Below, in pieces: positions 38,571-50,277 of a DNA stretch of 64,000 bases; positions within the stretch are counted from its first letter, which is position 1; each line of letters begins with the position of its first letter. Source of the stretch: Leptolinea sp. (lineage in GTDB: Bacteria > Chloroflexota > Anaerolineae > Anaerolineales > Anaerolineaceae); NCBI GenBank assembly GCA_012798535.1, contig JAAZMZ010000017.1, forward strand, positions 7,698 to 71,697, given 5' to 3'. The notes below the pieces were generated by a model. That model worked only from the letters and a program-made list of their open reading frames with translations, had not been told where the DNA came from and made no database searches. The translations under genes and the position numbers were made by a program.

Positions 38571-40199
38571 ATGGCAACCAAATACATTTTTTTCACAGGC
38601 GGCGTTGTCAGCTCGGTAGGTAAAGGTGTTACCGCGGCGGCTGTCGGCCGGTTGTTAAAAGAGCGCGGTTTCAAGGTTGCCGTACAAAAATTGGATCCGT
38701 ATATCAATGTCGATCCGGGTACGATGAGCCCCTACCAGCATGGAGAGGTCTTTGTGCTGGATGACGGTGCGGAAACCGACTTGGACCTGGGACATTACGA
38801 ACGTTTCATCGATATCCGCTTAAACCGGGTTTGCAATATCACCACCGGGCAGGTATATGCTGAAGTCATCAGCAATGAACGCCGCGGAGATTACCTGGGC
38901 GGCACCATCCAGGTGATTCCACACATCACCAATGAAATCAAACGCCGCATCGCTCTCGTCGCCAAAACCACCGGCGCCGAGATCGTGCTTGTGGAAGTGG
39001 GCGGTACTGTTGGTGATATTGAAAGCCAGCCATTCCTCGAAGCCATTCGGCAATTGCGCAGCGATTTCGGCCGTGAAAACACCATGTACATCCATGTGAC
39101 CTGGCTAACCTATATCGGCGCAACCGGTGAGTTAAAAACAAAACCTACCCAGCATTCGGTGCGCGAATTGCGGGCGGTGGGTATTACGCCTGATGTGATT
39201 GTGGCTCGTTCTGATTACCCGGTCGAAGAAGATCTAATCGAGAAGATCGCCCTGTTCTGTGATGTAGAGAAAAAAGCCGTCTTTCCCATGGTGACCACAC
39301 CGGTGCTCTATGAAATCCCTCTGCTGCTGGAAAAAGGCAATGTGGGCGAATATATCATGCATCGCATGGGGCTGGAGCCGCGCAGTAAACCGGATTGGAA
39401 AGACTGGGAGTATTTGGTACGCCAGGTACACAAGAAAAAACCCACCGTGCGTATTGCGCTGGTCGGTAAATACGTGGAACTGCATGATGCTTACCTCTCG
39501 GTGCGCGAGGCCATCAAACATGCCGGATATCACCTGGGTGTGGAAGTGGATCTGCAATGGGTGCATTCCGCTGAACTGGAAAAAGGTCGTGGCTGGGAGA
39601 CCATAAAATCGGTGGACGGTATAGTCGTGCCCGGCGGATTCGGCAGCCGCGGGATTGAAGGCAAGATTTTGGCCGCCCAGTACGCCCGTGAAAATAAAGT
39701 GCCTTATCTCGGATTGTGCCTGGGCATGCAGGTTATGGTGGTGGAAATGGCGCGGAACGTCCTTCACAAAGAGGAAGCCAATTCCACGGAATTTGACCGT
39801 GCTACGCCCGATCCGGTCATCGACCTGATGCCGGAACAGACATCGATCACTGACAAAGGCGGAACCATGCGTCTGGGACTATATCCCTGTGTTTTGAAAA
39901 GTGGTTCCATCGCCCGTGATGCGTACGGGGTCGAGCAGGTGGATGAACGCCACCGCCACCGTTTTGAATTCAATAATGATTACCGCACCGAATTGGAGGC
40001 CGCCGGTATGCGCCTATCCGGCATTTCTCCGGATGGCCGCCTCGTGGAAATCTCGGAAATCGTGGATCATCCCTTTATGGTAGGCACTCAGTTCCATCCC
40101 GAATTCCTCAGCCGTCCCAACCGGCCACATCCCCTATTCCATGCGTTCGTTAAAGCTGCCTGCAATCGTGCGGAAGTTTCCACCAACGGGAAATCATGA
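38571..40199 (+). CDS. pyrG: CTP synthase
   Basis: [37 protein letters not shown]. Confidence 0.98.
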   Translation: MATKYIFFTGGVVSSVGKGVTAAAVGRLLKERGFKVAVQKLDPYINVDPGTMSPYQHGEVFVLDDGAETDLDLGHYERFIDIRLNRVCNITTGQVYAEVISNERRGDYLGGTIQVIPHITNEIKRRIALVAKTTGAEIVLVEVGGTVGDIESQPFLEAIRQLRSDFGRENTMYIHVTWLTYIGATGELKTKPTQHSVRELRAVGITPDVIVARSDYPVEEDLIEKIALFCDVEKKAVFPMVTTPVLYEIPLLLEKGNVGEYIMHRMGLEPRSKPDWKDWEYLVRQVHKKKPTVRIALVGKYVELHDAYLSVREAIKHAGYHLGVEVDLQWVHSAELEKGRGWETIKSVDGIVVPGGFGSRGIEGKILAAQYARENKVPYLGLCLGMQVMVVEMARNVLHKEEANSTEFDRATPDPVIDLMPEQTSITDKGGTMRLGLYPCVLKSGSIARDAYGVEQVDERHRHRFEFNNDYRTELEAAGMRLSGISPDGRLVEISEIVDHPFMVGTQFHPEFLSRPNRPHPLFHAFVKAACNRAEVSTNGKS

Positions 40200-40206
40200 T
40201 CACAAC

Positions 40207-40239
40207 GAGCCCTGCCATTTCTCTGAAATGGCAGGGCTC
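40207..40239. terminator. Hairpin between convergent pyrG and rnpB
   Basis: GAGCCCTGCCATTTC-TCT-GAAATGGCAGGGCTC perfect 15-bp stem. Confidence 0.7.
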
Positions 40240-40245
40240 ATGCCT

Positions 40246-40644
40246 GGCTGACCTGTAAGCCGCGTTCTGTCCGGAGAGGAGGTATCTTCACAGACGGTCC
40301 TCTCCTGGATGATCATCTCTCTCGGCGCCATGTTACCAAGGCGCTCAAGCAGTCTACCCGGGATTTTTGCCGAAGCTGAGGAACGAGCCGTTCCTCGCGT
40401 ACCCCGTGGGGCGCATCATCCCTGCTTGACCTTGCTGTGAATGGGGGTTACCTGGCCGGCACATTACTATGCCGCCGGTGGTCTCTTACACCGCCGTTTC
40501 ACCCTTTCTCCCTCGCGGGAGCGGTTTGTTTCTGTGGTCCTATCCTGCGGTTACCCGCAGCGGGTGTTACCCGCCATTCTGCTCTCTACAGCGCGGACTT
40601 TCCTCGGCATCACACCAGGTGATGACGCGATCATCCGGTCAGCC
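40246..40644 (-). ncRNA. rnpB: RNase P RNA, bacterial type A
   Basis: Minus strand has GAGGAAAGUCCGCGC, ACAGAAA, GGGUGAAACGG, ACAGAACGCGGCUUA and P1 GGCUGACC/GGUCAGCC. Confidence 0.97.
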
Positions 40645-40654
40645 TGGCGCTTAC

Positions 40655-40683
40655 ATCATACCGGGACTGACCTTCCCCGTCAA
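40655..40683 (-). promoter_or_regulatory. Sigma70-type rnpB promoter
   Basis: TTGACG-17 nt-TATGAT just upstream of the P1 helix. Confidence 0.8.
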
Positions 40684-40767
40684 CCACCAATTGCGCTATA
40701 ATCTCGCCGGGGAAAAGTTAAAACCACCCGCTGAAAAGCGGAGACTACTTTCAGAATGAGGTAAAAC

Positions 40768-41526
40768 ATGCGCACTCCCATGGTTGCAGGAAACTGGAAA
40801 ATGAACAAAACCGCTGAACAGGCTAAAGCCCTGGTGAAAGAATTGCTTCCCGGTTTAAAAGCCGCAGTCAAAGTGGAGCGGGTTCTCTGCCCCACTTTCA
40901 CCTGCCTGTCTTCCGTTCATGAACTGATCAAAGATACCAACATCGGACTTGGCGCCCAGAATCTTCACTGGGAAGCTTCCGGTGCCTATACCGGTGAAAT
41001 TTCCGCCGGCATGATCAAAGAATTCTGTGATTATGTCATCATCGGCCACTCTGAACGCCGCCAGTACTTCGGAGAAACCGACGAGACGGTCAACAAGAAA
41101 ACCAAAGCCGCCCAGGCGGCCCAGCTTCTTCCCATTGTCTGCGTGGGTGAAACCCTCGCCGAAAATGAAGCCGGCAAGACGAAAGAAGTCGTCACCCGCC
41201 AGCTGCGCGGCGGGCTGGCCGGTATCGTGATTGATGATCCGGCCAAACTGGTAATCGCCTACGAACCGGTCTGGGCTATCGGCACCGGCCGCGCTGCCAC
41301 CGCCCAGGATGCACAGAATGTCTGCGCCCTTATCCGTGCAGAATTGGCCTCCATGTTCGGCAAAGGAAATGCTGATGCCATCCGAATCCTGTACGGCGGC
41401 TCTGTCACCGGCGCCAACGCGGCAGAATTGTTCGGCATGCCGGATATCGACGGCGGCCTGGTGGGCGGCGCCAGCCTGAAACCCGATTTTATCTCCATTG
41501 TCAACGCGGCCAACGAGATGGCGTGA
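40768..41526 (+). CDS. tpiA: Triosephosphate isomerase
   Basis: AGNWKMN, IGHSERR, AYEPVWAIGTG, YGGSV, LVGGASL. Confidence 0.98.
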   Translation: MRTPMVAGNWKMNKTAEQAKALVKELLPGLKAAVKVERVLCPTFTCLSSVHELIKDTNIGLGAQNLHWEASGAYTGEISAGMIKEFCDYVIIGHSERRQYFGETDETVNKKTKAAQAAQLLPIVCVGETLAENEAGKTKEVVTRQLRGGLAGIVIDDPAKLVIAYEPVWAIGTGRAATAQDAQNVCALIRAELASMFGKGNADAIRILYGGSVTGANAAELFGMPDIDGGLVGGASLKPDFISIVNAANEMA

Positions 41527-41547
41527 TTTCTTTTCTGGATTGAATGA

Positions 41548-41580
41548 AAGAAGCTGGCCGAAATTTGGTCAGCTTTTTTT
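41548..41580 (+). terminator. Intrinsic terminator after tpiA
   Basis: AAGAAGCTGGCCGA...TTGGTCAGCTTTTTTT. Confidence 0.75.
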
Positions 41581-41633
41581 ATCTTGCTTGTGATTTTCTA
41601 TCTGAGTAAAAAACCTCAGAAAACCAGGAACGA

Positions 41634-42260
41634 CTACGCCGTGCCAAACTGTCGGTCGCCGGCATCACCCAGCCCGGGAACGATGTAACCCTTCTCATTC
41701 AGGTGATCGTCCACCGCCGCCAGGTGAATATCCACATCCGGATGCGCTGTTTGCAAGGCTTTAATGCCTTCCGGCGCGCCGATCAATCCAACAAATTTGA
41801 TGCGCTTCACTCCCCAGCGTTTGAGAATATCCACTGTGGCTACCGCGGAACCACCCGTCGCCAGCATCGGGTCAAGCACCAGACAGACGGAAACCGTCGG
41901 TTCGACGGGCAGCTTGTTGTAATATTCCACCGGCTTCAGTGTCTTTTCATCGCGGTACAGGCCGATATGCCACACTTCCGCCGTCGGGATCAATTCCCAC
42001 ACGCCTTCCACCAGTCCCAGCCCGGCCCGTAAGATGGGTACCAGACCGATTTTCATGGCCAGTTCGTGGCATCTGGCCGTGCCCATGGGAGTTTGCACAT
42101 CGATCACAGCCATATGCAGATCGGTTGTGGCTTCATAAGTCAGTAAAGCGCCCAGTTCACGCACCAGTTGCCGGAATTTTTTTGGTTCGGTATTTACATC
42201 ACGCAAAATGGAAAGTTTATGAGCTACCAGTGGATGGGGGGAGGGATAAATGTTGGACAT
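41634..42260 (-). CDS. upp: Uracil phosphoribosyltransferase
   Basis: [29 protein letters not shown]. Confidence 0.97.
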   Translation of the reverse strand: MSNIYPSPHPLVAHKLSILRDVNTEPKKFRQLVRELGALLTYEATTDLHMAVIDVQTPMGTARCHELAMKIGLVPILRAGLGLVEGVWELIPTAEVWHIGLYRDEKTLKPVEYYNKLPVEPTVSVCLVLDPMLATGGSAVATVDILKRWGVKRIKFVGLIGAPEGIKALQTAHPDVDIHLAAVDDHLNEKGYIVPGLGDAGDRQFGTA

Positions 42261-42304
42261 GGCGGTTCCTTTCGCGCTTATTATAGCCTGTTATAATTTT
42301 CGAT

Positions 42305-43330
42305 ATGGTGGAATCACCCGAACGCATCATCCAACCGGAAAATCATCCGGATGACCGCAACGATATGGCGCTGCGCCCTCATTCTCTCGATGAGATGATT
42401 GGACAGACGCAGATCAAAGAAAACCTGCGTATCCTGATCGCCGCCGCCCGCCGGCGCACCGAACCGCTCGATCACGTGCTCTTCTACGGCCCTCCCGGTC
42501 TGGGAAAGACAACACTGGCGCATATCCTGGCAAATGAGATGAGTGTCAATATCAAAATCACCGCCGGACCTGCCGTGGAACGCGCCGGGGACCTGGCTGC
42601 CATTCTGACCAACCTGCACGCCGGTGATATCCTGTTCATCGACGAGATCCACCGTCTGGGACGTGCCATCGAAGAGATCCTCTACCCAGCCATGGAAGAT
42701 TACGCGCTGGATATCATCATCGGCAAGGGACCATCCGCCAAATCTCTGCGGATGAGGCTGCCGCATTTCACGGTGATTGGCGCCACCACCCGGCTGGCGT
42801 TGGTCAGTTCGCCGTTACGCGCCCGTTTTGGCGCTGTTTACCGACTGGATTATTACGATCTGCCAGCCATGCGTGAAATTGTTGAACGCGCGGCTGTCAA
42901 GTTGAATGTCACCGTGGATGAAGACGGTGTGGAAGAAGTAGCCCGCCGGGCGCGAGGTACTCCGCGTGTGGCACTGCGACTGCTGCGGCGGGTGCGTGAT
43001 TTTGCCCAGGTTAAAGCCGACGGGCATGTGTCCCGTATCGTGGCCGGCGAAGCTCTTAATCTAATGAATGTCGACTTGCTTGGACTGGATGAAGTTGACC
43101 GCCGGGTGATGATGACCATCATCGAGAAATATAACGGCGGGCCGGTCGGGTTGAATACTATCGCCGCTTCCATCAGTGAAGAACCGGATACCATCATGGA
43201 TGTGGTGGAACCGTATTTACTGCAGCTTGGATTCCTTGACCGCACTCCTCAGGGACGCGTTGCCACCCGGGCGGCCTATGAACATTTCGGGGTGTTCTTT
43301 CCGGAAACCAACCAACCCCGGTTGATCTGA
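42305..43330 (+). CDS. ruvB: Holliday junction branch migration helicase RuvB
   Basis: [35 protein letters not shown]. Confidence 0.97.
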   Translation: MVESPERIIQPENHPDDRNDMALRPHSLDEMIGQTQIKENLRILIAAARRRTEPLDHVLFYGPPGLGKTTLAHILANEMSVNIKITAGPAVERAGDLAAILTNLHAGDILFIDEIHRLGRAIEEILYPAMEDYALDIIIGKGPSAKSLRMRLPHFTVIGATTRLALVSSPLRARFGAVYRLDYYDLPAMREIVERAAVKLNVTVDEDGVEEVARRARGTPRVALRLLRRVRDFAQVKADGHVSRIVAGEALNLMNVDLLGLDEVDRRVMMTIIEKYNGGPVGLNTIAASISEEPDTIMDVVEPYLLQLGFLDRTPQGRVATRAAYEHFGVFFPETNQPRLI

Positions 43331-43333
43331 CCT

Positions 43334-44353
43334 GTGAAAACCAGCGATTTTGATTACCACCTCCCGCCTGAGCGCATCGCCCAGACGCCCGTCGAACCGC
43401 GGCACTCTTCCCGCCTGCTGGTGTTGGACCGTTCCAAAACTGAACTGGAGCACACCACTTTTTGGAATATTACAGATTACCTGCGTCCTGGTGATCTGCT
43501 GGTAGTGAACCGCACCCGCGTCATCCCGGCGCGCATCCACGCCTGTAAAGAGACCGGCGGCCGGGTGGAAATCCTGCTGCTGAAACGTCTGGATATACTG
43601 AACTGGGAAGCGCTTGTGGGTGGGAAACGCCTGGTTCCCGGAAAGACGCTGCAGCTTGAAAATGGAACTGCCGTAACCATTGAAGCCGACCTGGGCGGAT
43701 CGCGCCGTCAGGTGAGCTTCTCAGAACCGGTGGAGGCCTATCTGGAACAGCGCGGGGAAATGCCACTGCCTCCCTATATCCATGAGCGGCTGCAGAATCC
43801 GGATCGATATCAAACGGTCTATGCCGACCAGCCGGGTTCGGCTGCCGCGCCCACCGCCGGGCTGCATTTCACTCCGCAACTGCTCACCCGCATCAAGGAA
43901 ATGGGTGTGGGACTGGCTGAAATCACCCTGCACGTGGGGTTGGATACCTTCGCGCCGGTCACCGAAGAAAACGCAGACAAGCACATCATCCACACGGAAT
44001 GGTGTGAAGTCACGGAAGAAACCGCCGGTCAGATCAACTCGGCGAAAAGCACCGGCGGGCGCATCATTCCCGTGGGAACGACCAGTGTGCGTACGCTGGA
44101 GAGTGCTGCACGGGCGGCCCTGCCCGGTCAGGTGGTGGCACCTTACCAGGGTTCCACCGGATTATTCATTTTGCCGGGGTATTCATTCAAAGCCGTGGAT
44201 GCCATGGTAACCAATTTCCACCTGCCAAAATCATCACTGATCATGCTGGTCAGTGCGTTTGCCGGCCGCGAACGTATTCTCGCGACCTATCAAACCGCCG
44301 TGGAGATGCAGTACCGTTTCTTCTCATTCGGCGATGCCATGTTGATACTATAA
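43334..44353 (+). CDS. queA: SAM:tRNA ribosyltransferase-isomerase
   Basis: FDYHLP, LPPYI, YQTVYA, AAPTAGLHF, TNFHLP, YRFFSFGDAM. Confidence 0.97.
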   Translation: MKTSDFDYHLPPERIAQTPVEPRHSSRLLVLDRSKTELEHTTFWNITDYLRPGDLLVVNRTRVIPARIHACKETGGRVEILLLKRLDILNWEALVGGKRLVPGKTLQLENGTAVTIEADLGGSRRQVSFSEPVEAYLEQRGEMPLPPYIHERLQNPDRYQTVYADQPGSAAAPTAGLHFTPQLLTRIKEMGVGLAEITLHVGLDTFAPVTEENADKHIIHTEWCEVTEETAGQINSAKSTGGRIIPVGTTSVRTLESAARAALPGQVVAPYQGSTGLFILPGYSFKAVDAMVTNFHLPKSSLIMLVSAFAGRERILATYQTAVEMQYRFFSFGDAMLIL

Positions 44354-44354
44354 A

Positions 44355-44966
44355 TTACTGGCTGATACCGATCATCACCAGGGGAACAGCGGGTACACCC
44401 CGACCTTGTCGGATGACATTGTAGAATTCACCTTCATAATATGCGACACCCGAACTCATCTGAGACTGCAATGATTTCATCGGAAGAATTTCAATCCCCA
44501 CATCAATTTCGTCACCGATATAAAAAGCCAGGTGCTTTACAAACAGGTCATAGGCCACGAAAGAATATTTACCAAATTGGACTTCCAGCGCTATTCGTTC
44601 TTTGACAAAATCGGTCTGGTTATAAGAGTAGATTGGCTCATTTCCTGCTTCGAGAATGATTCTCTTTTGTTCATTGGGGCTGAGTGCAAGTGTCTTTCGA
44701 ATCAACTTTTCTTCTCTGGTCACCCAGTATCCGACTCTACTCTCTTCCCAATTCCTTTTTCGGAGATGGTGTTTAAAAGAAGTATTTAAATCGATTGGAC
44801 TATAGAAAACCTTCCCTTTCGTTCTAATTTCTTTAGAAATTTTTGTTTTGCATTTTTCAGCATCAATCAATCCAATTACTTCAATAATCTCATCCCATAA
44901 ATAAGGTTTATGAACCTGTAAATATTCCTTACCATTCAAATGTGAATAGACCTCTTGAATATTCAT
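44355..44966 (-). CDS. Type II restriction endonuclease, BglII/BstYI family (BstYI-like, probable RGATCY)
   Basis: YSHLNG, SYNQTDFVK, EVQFGKYSFVAYDLFVKH, SSGVAYYEGE, RQGRGVPAVPL closely recall BstYI (from memory). Confidence 0.88.
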   Translation of the reverse strand: MNIQEVYSHLNGKEYLQVHKPYLWDEIIEVIGLIDAEKCKTKISKEIRTKGKVFYSPIDLNTSFKHHLRKRNWEESRVGYWVTREEKLIRKTLALSPNEQKRIILEAGNEPIYSYNQTDFVKERIALEVQFGKYSFVAYDLFVKHLAFYIGDEIDVGIEILPMKSLQSQMSSGVAYYEGEFYNVIRQGRGVPAVPLVMIGISQ

Positions 44967-45919
44967 TTTCCCCCGTAATTCTGCTCCTCTGAAGATTTTT
45001 CAAGCAATATCATCTGTTCATTCTTTTCTTCAAGTGTCCATGGCGCAATAGTGAGACTATTCCCGGCAATTATTGGATCATATACCGGTTTATTCATCGG
45101 CCTGGTTTTCAGTATTCCAATAAATTCTTTTTGTATTCGATCTGCAGCAATATCCGTGTATTTTTGAACAATTTCAGCGCCAACACCCTTTCGATTGTGT
45201 CGAATGGCGGCTATGATCGTTGATCCCACTCCGTTGAAAGGATCAAATACCCAGTCGCCTTCATTTGTCATTGATAGCACTAGTCGTTCGATCAATTCAA
45301 CCGGAAACTGGCATGGATGTTCCGTTTTCTCAACATGATTACTTTTCACGTTGGGTATTATCCACACATCTCCCGGATTCTTCCCTAAGGGATTCCCGGA
45401 ATACTGACCGACTTTTGGACCTTTGAAGTACTTCTTTCCAGGGTATTTCTGAGGAACCCTTACCGGATCCAAATTGAAAACATAATCATCCGATTTTGTG
45501 AACCAGATGATCGTTTCGTACCGTCCTGAGAATCGAAGACTGCAATGGAGACCATGTTCAAAATGCCAGATGATCCTGTTTCTCATCTTCAATCCAAGAT
45601 CAGCAAAAATCGGATATAAGACGGTATCCAGAGGAATGATGGCACCATTATCCACGTAATTCCCGACTTGCCAGCAGATACTTCCATGGGGGGATAGACA
45701 CCGGACACTCTCTTTGATAACATTCGCCTGTTGTTTCAGGTAGTCATCAAGTTTAAGTTTTTTTTCGTATTCTTTTCCAATATTGTAGGGAGGTGATGTG
45801 ACAACAAGTTGAAGGGTATTATCCGGGATAGTCGCGAGTAAATCCAGACAATCCCCTGAATAAAGAACTACCTGTTCACTTAATGAAAAACTGCCACTGA
45901 TCTTTGGATATTCAAACAT
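44963..45919 (-). CDS. Site-specific DNA methyltransferase, beta class (probable m4C)
   Basis: GDCL, TSPPYN, HPCQFP, FDPFNGVGST in beta order; ATG 45919 preferred. Confidence 0.9.
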   Translation of the reverse strand: MFEYPKISGSFSLSEQVVLYSGDCLDLLATIPDNTLQLVVTSPPYNIGKEYEKKLKLDDYLKQQANVIKESVRCLSPHGSICWQVGNYVDNGAIIPLDTVLYPIFADLGLKMRNRIIWHFEHGLHCSLRFSGRYETIIWFTKSDDYVFNLDPVRVPQKYPGKKYFKGPKVGQYSGNPLGKNPGDVWIIPNVKSNHVEKTEHPCQFPVELIERLVLSMTNEGDWVFDPFNGVGSTIIAAIRHNRKGVGAEIVQKYTDIAADRIQKEFIGILKTRPMNKPVYDPIIAGNSLTIAPWTLEEKNEQMILLEKSSEEQNYGGK

Positions 45920-45926
45920 ATGTTTT

Positions 45927-45975
45927 ATTATCATCAATAACGATGATCAAGTCAAGAATTTACCTGTACTTGATC
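45927..45975 (-). promoter_or_regulatory. Putative leaderless MTase promoter with overlapping inverted repeat
   Basis: TTGACT-17-GATAAT-7-ATG on the minus strand; GATCAAGT-15-ACTTGATC at 45945-45975. Confidence 0.55.
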
Positions 45976-46018
45976 TTTCAGTCATCTTTTATGTCCCATC
46001 TTCAAAGCGAGCTCTCAA

Positions 46019-46864
46019 ATGTCTTTTGGCACTTCATTCCTAGGTATTATCTTCGGTCTACTGTCCGCCCTGGTGTGGGGCACTGGCGACTTCGCCGGCG
46101 GGTACGCGTCGCGCCGGCAAAGCCAGTTTCAGGTACTGGCGCTCTCGGCTTTCTCCGGTCTAATCTTCATGCTCCTGACCGCTCTCATTTTCCGGGAATC
46201 GCTGCCCTCCACGCAGGGGATGATTTTTGCCGCCCTCGGTGGGTTATCCGGCGCGCTGGGAATGGCCGCGTTCTACCGCTCGCTGGCCATCGGCAACGCG
46301 GCGGTGGTCGCTCCGACGGCCGCGGTGATCGGAACCGCCCTGCCGGTGGTTTTCAGCACATTTTCTGAAGGCGTGCCTTCCTGGCTAAAATTGGCCGGTT
46401 TCACCCTGGCGATCTTCGGCATCTGGCTGGTATCGGCGGGTGAATCGACCCACCCTTCCGGCAAAGATGGTTTTTCTCTGGCCGTCCTGGCCGGAATCGG
46501 TTTTGCCGGCTGGCTGATCCTGCTGGGCAATGTGGAACATGGCAAGGTGTTCTCTCCACTGGTAGTTTCCCGCACCGTGGCACTTCTGGCCGGAATCACT
46601 CTGGTACTTCTCAACCGGCAGTCGTTTCCCGGCCTTTTTTCCAACTGGCCGGCATTCATTTGCGGCGTGTTGGACGTGGGCGGAAATATATTCTATGTGC
46701 TGGCGCGCCAGTATACCCGGCTGGATGTGGCAGCCGTTTTATCCTCCCTTGGCCCGGCTGTGACTGTTATCATTTCCACCGTTTTCCTCAAAGAGCCTGT
46801 CACCCGCCGTCAGTGGATCGGTGTGATCACCTGCCTTGCGGCGGTAGGATTCATCACAGTTTAG
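46019..46864 (+). CDS. EamA/DMT family transporter
   Basis: WGTGDFAGG, ~10 TMs, LKEPVTRRQWIG. Confidence 0.88.
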   Translation: MSFGTSFLGIIFGLLSALVWGTGDFAGGYASRRQSQFQVLALSAFSGLIFMLLTALIFRESLPSTQGMIFAALGGLSGALGMAAFYRSLAIGNAAVVAPTAAVIGTALPVVFSTFSEGVPSWLKLAGFTLAIFGIWLVSAGESTHPSGKDGFSLAVLAGIGFAGWLILLGNVEHGKVFSPLVVSRTVALLAGITLVLLNRQSFPGLFSNWPAFICGVLDVGGNIFYVLARQYTRLDVAAVLSSLGPAVTVIISTVFLKEPVTRRQWIGVITCLAAVGFITV

Positions 46865-46885
46865 GTTTGGGAGTAAGATTCTCTC

Positions 46886-47572
46886 ATGTTCCAAATTGAT
46901 GCTCTTCTTCAACTTGAAGAGACCATACCATTTTGCCGACGCTGCCCGCGTCTGGTGGCCTGGCGTGAACAGGTGGCTCTCGAAAAGCGCCGCGCTTTCC
47001 ATGATCAGGAATACTGGGGCAAACCCGTTCCCGGTTTCGGTGATCCGCAGGCCAGAGTATTGATCATCGGACTGGCTCCCGGCGCGCATGGTTCAAACCG
47101 CACCGGCCGGATGTTCACCGGCGATGCCTCGGGCAACTTTCTGTATTCCGCTTTGCACCGGAGCGGATTTGCCAGCCAGCCGCAGGCCCGGCAAAGAAAT
47201 GACGGGTTAGCTCTGAAGGATGTGTTCATAACGGCGGTATGCCGCTGCGCTCCACCGGGCAACAAACCTTCCCGCGAAGAGATCGCCGCCTGCCTGCCGT
47301 TCCTCCAACAGGAAATGGACCTGCTTCCCAACCTGAAAGGGATTGTCGCCCTCGGATCAATCGCCTTTCGTGAATACCTCACTTTATCAGGAAAAAAACA
47401 ATCAAACCTTCTTTTCGGGCACGGAGCTTATTACAGTTGGGATGACGGTCAACCCTGGCTGCTGGCAGCCTATCACCCCAGCCGGCAGAACACGCAAACC
47501 GGCCGGCTGACCGTCGACATGTTCGATCATATCTGGCAAACGGTCCGGTCGAAACTCGAACAGGTTGACTGA
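46886..47572 (+). CDS. Uracil-DNA glycosylase, family 5 (UdgB-like, Fe-S)
   Basis: CRRCPRL, GLAPGAHGSNRTGRMFTGD, RCAPPGNKP, YHPSRQN. Confidence 0.9.
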   Translation: MFQIDALLQLEETIPFCRRCPRLVAWREQVALEKRRAFHDQEYWGKPVPGFGDPQARVLIIGLAPGAHGSNRTGRMFTGDASGNFLYSALHRSGFASQPQARQRNDGLALKDVFITAVCRCAPPGNKPSREEIAACLPFLQQEMDLLPNLKGIVALGSIAFREYLTLSGKKQSNLLFGHGAYYSWDDGQPWLLAAYHPSRQNTQTGRLTVDMFDHIWQTVRSKLEQVD

Positions 47573-48356
47573 AGATAAAAGCAGTATGGTTACCAACAAA
47601 CGCAAACGACGCATTAATCCCCTGCAAATTATCATAGGCTATACCATTGGTATGCTCATGATTCTGGCGGGTGTCTATCTAGCAACACTTACCCCGGTTG
47701 GTCCATTGTCCGAAGCACTTCCGTATATGGAAAGCGATAAGCAGGTTACCGTCACCCATGAAAAATACGCCTTTATTCAACCGGCCGGCTCACCCGCAAA
47801 GATCGGCTTAATAGTCTATCCCGGCGGGCGGGTGGATTACCGTTCCTATGCTCCACTGGCCCGTGGATTGGCGGAGAAAGGCTGGCCGGTGGCCATCATT
47901 CCCATGCCGCTCAATCTGGCCGTGTTGGGTGCAGACCGGGCTTCATGGGTGATACATGATCATCCCGAGATACAAAGCTGGGTGATCGGTGGTCACTCGC
48001 TGGGTGGTACGATGGCGGCGCAGTACGCGTTGAAAAACCCCGGGGAATTTGTCGGGATCATTTTTATGGCATCATTTCCGGATGGCAAGAACCTGGCAGC
48101 TTCTAAAATTTCAGTCTTATCGATTTACGGAAGCGAAGACGGTTTGATCAAGATGGATGAATGGCAAAAATATCAGGATCGTTTTCCGTCCACCACGCGC
48201 TGGGTGAAGATCGAAGGAGGCAATCATGCCGGTTTTGGCTGGTACGGTAAACAGGAAGGAGACAATCCAGCTTCCATTAGCCTGGAAGACCAGACCGGGC
48301 AGATTATACAGGCGGTTGACGAATTCATGCGGACAGTAGAAAATTCTCAAGAGTGA
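47565..48356 (+). CDS. Membrane-anchored alpha/beta hydrolase
   Basis: YPGG, GGHSLGG, GSEDG, GGNHAGFG; start may be ATG 47586. Confidence 0.85.
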   Translation: MTEDKSSMVTNKRKRRINPLQIIIGYTIGMLMILAGVYLATLTPVGPLSEALPYMESDKQVTVTHEKYAFIQPAGSPAKIGLIVYPGGRVDYRSYAPLARGLAEKGWPVAIIPMPLNLAVLGADRASWVIHDHPEIQSWVIGGHSLGGTMAAQYALKNPGEFVGIIFMASFPDGKNLAASKISVLSIYGSEDGLIKMDEWQKYQDRFPSTTRWVKIEGGNHAGFGWYGKQEGDNPASISLEDQTGQIIQAVDEFMRTVENSQE

Positions 48357-48366
48357 AAGGATCGAG

Positions 48367-48894
48367 ATGACCATCCGTATGAAACCGATCGATGTTTCCA
48401 ACCACAAAAAAGATATTTCCACCGGAGAGCCTGCTCCCGATTTTGAATTAATGGATACGTACGGCAATCTGGTGCGGTTATCAGATTTTCAAGGTAAGAA
48501 GTATGTCGTTCTGGCTTTGAACCGCGGTTTTATGTGACCATTCTGCCGCCGGCACATGGCGCAGTTGCGCCACGACTATCAGGAATTTGTCAAACGTAAT
48601 GCAGAAGTGATTGTCCTCGGACCGGACGGCCCGGCTGCATTCAAACGCACCTGGGAAATAGAAAATTTTCCCATGATCGGCCTGGCTGATCCTGGTTCAA
48701 AAGTGGCCGACCAGTATCATCAAAAAGTCAATCTGTTGAAACTGGGGCGGATGCCTGCTCTGTTGGTGATCGATAAACAGGGAATCGTCCGATATATTCA
48801 TTATGGTAATTCCATGGCAGATATTCCGGAGAATGCCTCCATATTGAACATTCTGGAACATCTCGATACAGAAATGGAACAGAAAACTGGATAA
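48367..48894 (+). CDS. Peroxiredoxin-like AhpC/TSA selenoprotein (UxxC), in-frame UGA at 48535-48537
   Basis: Upstream frame MTIR...GEPAPDFELMDTYGNLVRLSDFQGKKYVVLALNRGFM*PFCRRH continues in frame into the 48556 ORF; AAGGA RBS. Confidence 0.85.
48557..48572 (+). promoter_or_regulatory. Candidate bacterial SECIS hairpin
   Basis: TGGCGC-AGTT-GCGCCA; loop begins 25 nt after the UGA and has GU near its 5' side. Confidence 0.65.
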
Positions 48895-48898
48895 ATAG

Positions 48899-48939
48899 AA
48901 AGAGACTGCCATGCACGGAGCATGACAGTCTCTTTTTTT
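48899..48939. terminator. Terminator between the convergent selenoprotein gene and eno
   Basis: AGAGACTGCCATGC-ACGGA-GCATGACAGTCTCT followed by a T run. Confidence 0.75.
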
Positions 48940-48957
48940 GATTGTTTTTAATAAAGA

Positions 48958-50277
<1,320 letters not shown>

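Noticed and set aside
40437-40759. Short ORFs 40437..40622, 40441..40701, 40469..40759
   Set aside because: They are antisense to rnpB and have no protein motifs.
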